Origin: Narcine bancroftii
Taxonomy: Eukaryota
Assembly (NCBI RefSeq): GCF_036971445.1
Contig: NC_091473.1
Location: forward strand, 253,208,001-253,272,000
Direction: 5' to 3'
Length of the DNA stretch: 64,000 nt
The translations under genes and the position numbers were made by a program. Positions 60,057 to 64,000 of the stretch are shown piece after piece. A model generated the notes under the pieces. The model was not told the DNA's origin and did no database searches. It was given only the letters and a program-made list of their open reading frames with translations. Position 1 is the first letter of the stretch, and each line of letters opens with the position of its first letter.

Positions 60057-63000
60057 CAATTCCTATCATGTTTTTACCAGTGGATATAGACCATGAAGCA
60101 ACTAGATTGCCATAAATCCAATTTAAAATTTCTCCCACTGATGTTGCTCTATGTATTCCAAAATGGCGGTCATCTGCAACTGTAATCACCATTGCTCCAT
60201 TTTGTGCATTTCTGCTGTGACTACGATTGAACTCGCGAGGGAGAGCTGAGGCTTCACCCCCTGCTTTCTGCGGGTCTGCACTAGAAGAAATGTAAACAAA
60301 CTGCAATACAGAGAAAAAAAACATCAGTGATGTCCAAAAATAAGAGATCTTAAATGAGTCTCTGATTGAGTTTGTCATTGAGGAGTCTGATGGTGGAGGG
60401 GAAGCAGCTGTTCCTGAACCTGGTGGTGCAAGTCTGGTGGCACCGACACCTCTTTCCTGATGGCAGCAGCGAGAACAGAGCCGTCTTTCTCCTAGGGTAG
60501 GCACCCTAAATCTACAGAACAGACTTCAGGTAGGGGAGAGAGATTCGGAGAGAACCTAAAGAGCAAGGTTTGATTATTTACAGCACAATGGAAGCAGATT
60601 CCAGCCCAATTTCACACAAATTTATCTATATATTGAAAATTGGCAAGAAACCCATGTCAAAACACGGAAAATGTACAAGATCCTTATGGACAGTGGGCAA
60701 CCTGGGTCGCTAGCACTGCAATAGCATCATGCTAACTGGCCCACTGGTACGTTGAACAAGGTGCCAGAGGAAGTGATAGAGGCAGATACAATTGTAACTT
60801 TTAAAAACATTTGGACAGGCACATGGTCAGGAAAGGTGTAGAGCAGAGGTGGCCAAACCTTTTTTGTTGTGGGCCACATATAAAAATAATGAGTCGTGGG
60901 CCAAACAATATTAAGCCTGGCAGTTTGCAACCACTCCTATCCATATTCAGTAAACACTTTTGGTCTGTACACCTTTTAATTCAGGTACCTTCCTGTTTTT
61001 CTCTCACACCTTGATGAACGGCTCAAGTCCAAAATGCCAGTAATAAATCTTTTCCTTCTATGGACACTGTGAGACATGCTGGGTTCCTACAGCATTTCTG
61101 TGTTTTTAACTACAGTCACAACGTCTGCAGACTTTCATGCTTCAACCCTGCTTGATGGCATTTGGATGGGAAATTCTACATAAAGCCACAAGATGGCACC
61201 AGCTATTGCACTTCCTACAATTAAAGCTTGCTGGTTAGTAGATAATTAATGGTTTATTGTCATAGCCATAATACAGATGCAATGGAAGTCCATGGTAACA
61301 ACACACTAACAATTTAAGTATAATTAACTCAAACAATTGGGGGAAAAAGGAACATAAAGAAATATGCACAGTTGGCTGTTAGTGCAAAAGATGTGCCTTG
61401 TTAAGTGTGCAGACAGAGATGGTCCTGGAATAGTGTTAGGGTTACTTGGAATATTGTTTTCAGTTCTGGTCACCTCATTACAGGAAGGATGTGGAAGCTG
61501 TGAAGAGGGTGCAGAGGAGATTTACCATGATGTTGCCTGGATTGGAGAACATGTCTGTTGAGGTGAGGTTAGCAGAGCTGGGACTTTTCTCTTTGGAGTG
61601 AAGAAGGATGCGAGGGGATGCCTGCAAGATTATGCAAGGCATAGAGTAGCAAACACCATAAAGTGAGGGGAGGAAAGTTTAGGGGAAATGTCAGGGTTAG
61701 GCTTTTTTTTTACACGAAGAATGGTGGGTGCCTGGAATGCATCGCCAGGGGTGGTGATGGAGGCTGATGCAATAGGGACATTTAAAAGATTTTTAAGACA
61801 GGACCAGGGATGAAAGAAAAATAGAGGATCATGAGGTAGGGAGGATTTAGTTTTTTTGAGTAGATTTATTTAGGTCGGCACAACAGCGTTAGCCAGGGAC
61901 CTGTACATTGCTGTTCTGTGTCTTCTGCATGACAGTAGCAGCGAGAAAAGTTGGTGATGTTGGCTGTCTTCCCAAGGGAGAACCTCACACAAAGTCGGTC
62001 CCCATGATGTCCATAAAGCATAGGAGCCAAATTAGGCCATTCAGCCCTTCGAGTCTGCTTCACTGTTCAAATCGTGGCTGATGTACTTTTCCCTCGACTC
62101 AAATCTCCTGCCTTCTCCCTTATTACTAAGAACCTCTCATTGTCAGCTTTAAATATAGCCAAATGATTCAGCTTCCATAGCCAACTATAGCAACCAATTC
62201 TGCCAAAAGAAGTTCCTCTTCATTGTTCTAAAGAGATGTTCTTTTATCCTGAGGCTGTGTCCTCAGGTTCAAGACGCTCCCTCCACTGGAAATATCTTCT
62301 CAACAACCATTCTATCCAGGCTTTCAGTATTCAGTAGATTTCTCCTCAACCCCAACCAGTCCATCCTATCCATACTCTGCTCCATACACCCACCACCCTC
62401 TGTGTAACAGAGTTAAATCTCTTCTTCCTCCCCCCCCCCCCCCCACCTTTAACCCATGCCCTCTGGTTACTGATTCTCCTACTCTGGGGAAAACACTCAC
62501 ACGATCTATTCTTCTCATGGTTTTCTACACTTCTCTGAGATCACCCCTCAACCTCCTGCTAATCATTTCCATAACTGAAAACAATCAATTTGCGGGTGAA
62601 TCATTGTTAGTTTTCTCTGACTCCTCTTTAGTGCCACAGCATCCTTCCTGAGGGAAAGATTTACGGCACAAAGACATTTCTACCCATTGTACATTACTGA
62701 CCCCTTGCCAACAATCACAAGTTCCTGCCTCCTCCGTGGGAACAGCTCTGCAGGTTCTTGATTTGATCAGTAATTGTTCCCCCCTCAAATGTACAACTGG
62801 TCCTCAGCCACAATCAGCAGATTGTTTATACTCGACACTAATCAGTTATTAGTCTGGAATAAAAATCTGCTCCTCTCCAAATATGCTCTAACCTGCCTGA
62901 TGTTTCAAATATTTCCTGATTTTATTGCAAGGAATGCACATTTACCTCTGAACCTTGCCTTATGAGCCTAATTAAGTGTTTTGAAGAAGTAACAAAAGAA

Positions 63001-63486
63001 ATTAATGAGTTAGGGTGGTAGATGTGGTCCATGTGGATGTTAGTAAGGCACGGTTAGTGTAGCAGTTAAATTTTAAATGAAATGTAGACATATAGCGTGG
63101 TAACAGGTCATTTCAGCCCACGAGCATGCTGCCCAATTGCACCCATTTAACCTACACCCCTGGTACGTTTCGAACGGCGGGAGGAAACTAGAAAAGCCCC
63201 CTGGGAAAACCCATGCAGACACTAAGAGAACATTCAAACTCTTTACAGTGTGGGATTTGAACTCCAGTCCTGATCACGTGCTATAACCGATACACCTTGC
63301 TGACCCATTAAAGTTATTGCAATGCTGATACAAGGCCAGTGATCTGGGTTTGAATTCTGTGCCGTTTGTAAAGGAGTTAGTATATTCTCCCTGTCTTTGT
63401 GGGTTTTCCCTGGTGGGCTCCAGTTTCCTCCCACTGTTCAAAATATACAGGAGGGTTGTAGGTTAATTGAGTGTAATTGAAGAAAA

Positions 63487-63686
63487 NNNNNNNNNNNNNN
63501 NNNNNNNNNNNNNNNNNNNNNNNNNNNNNNNNNNNNNNNNNNNNNNNNNNNNNNNNNNNNNNNNNNNNNNNNNNNNNNNNNNNNNNNNNNNNNNNNNNNN
63601 NNNNNNNNNNNNNNNNNNNNNNNNNNNNNNNNNNNNNNNNNNNNNNNNNNNNNNNNNNNNNNNNNNNNNNNNNNNNNNNNNNNNNN
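63487..63686. other. Assembly gap (200 N)
   Basis: Run of N of round length, typical of a scaffold join. Confidence 1.
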
Positions 63687-64000
63687 TTCTCAATGCAGAG
63701 GAACATTTGAGCCTGCCAATGCTGGAATCCAGAGCAAAGTACAAACTGCTGGGTGAAAATGTACATAAGTGTTTTGGAGAAACTTGGTGACGCACCATCC
63801 ATAGGAAGAAAAACACAGTTGATGTTCCTATGAAAGGGTTCAGGCTTGAAACTGTCTTTTACTTCACATGGATGCTGTATGACCTGATTTTCTCCAGCAC
63901 CTTTGTGTTCAAGACCCTGGCACCTGCAGATTTTCTTGTTTACCTCAGAATCAGGATTTATTGTCATGAACAAGTCATGAAATTCAGTATTTTGTGGCAG
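63687..64000 (+). repeat. Exact copy of 22935-23248 (MDM4 intron 1)
   Basis: 314 bp identical by eye, beginning directly after the 200-N gap. Confidence 0.92.

Noticed and set aside
60155-60285. YY1-like CAAAATGGCGG and CTCGCGAG motifs suggesting a promoter
   Set aside because: Only a few CpGs, wedged between a gap and a LINE fragment, with no associated exon.
59590-60504. 304-aa ORF
   Set aside because: Runs through an N gap and joins unrelated LINE fragments.

Overview
Vertebrate genomic DNA. The repeat content (V-SINE/HE1-like SINEs, CR1/HER1, Rex-Babar, RTE, L1 and Penelope fragments) points to a cartilaginous fish, probably a ray; this is inference. The window holds the last two coding exons of TAF8 (+, ends 3936) and a complete 10-coding-exon MDM4 (+, 33157-56575, 498 aa). 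Between them lies a ~14.3 kb-spaced tandem duplication. Each copy carries (i) an intact two-exon minus-strand gene for a Harbinger-type Myb/SANT (trihelix) + coiled-coil protein (321 and 317 aa) with no transposase nearby, and (ii) a CpG-island bidirectional promoter whose + side looks like the non-coding first exon of MDM4. The promoter block is identical over 558 bp while the rest of the two copies has diverged with in-frame indels only. The C-terminus and stop codon of the Myb/SANT genes come from an antisense Penelope-element tail. Also seen: G-quadruplex/triplex-type satellites behind both promoters, a possible ATF4-like uORF layout in the MDM4 leader, a conserved MDM4-S (exon 6 skip) frameshift with a cluster of decoy acceptors, a 28-nt U2 snRNA pseudogene with 15-bp target-site duplication, and an exact re-start of MDM4 intron 1 after a 200-N gap. 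Repeat boundaries are approximate and read by eye.
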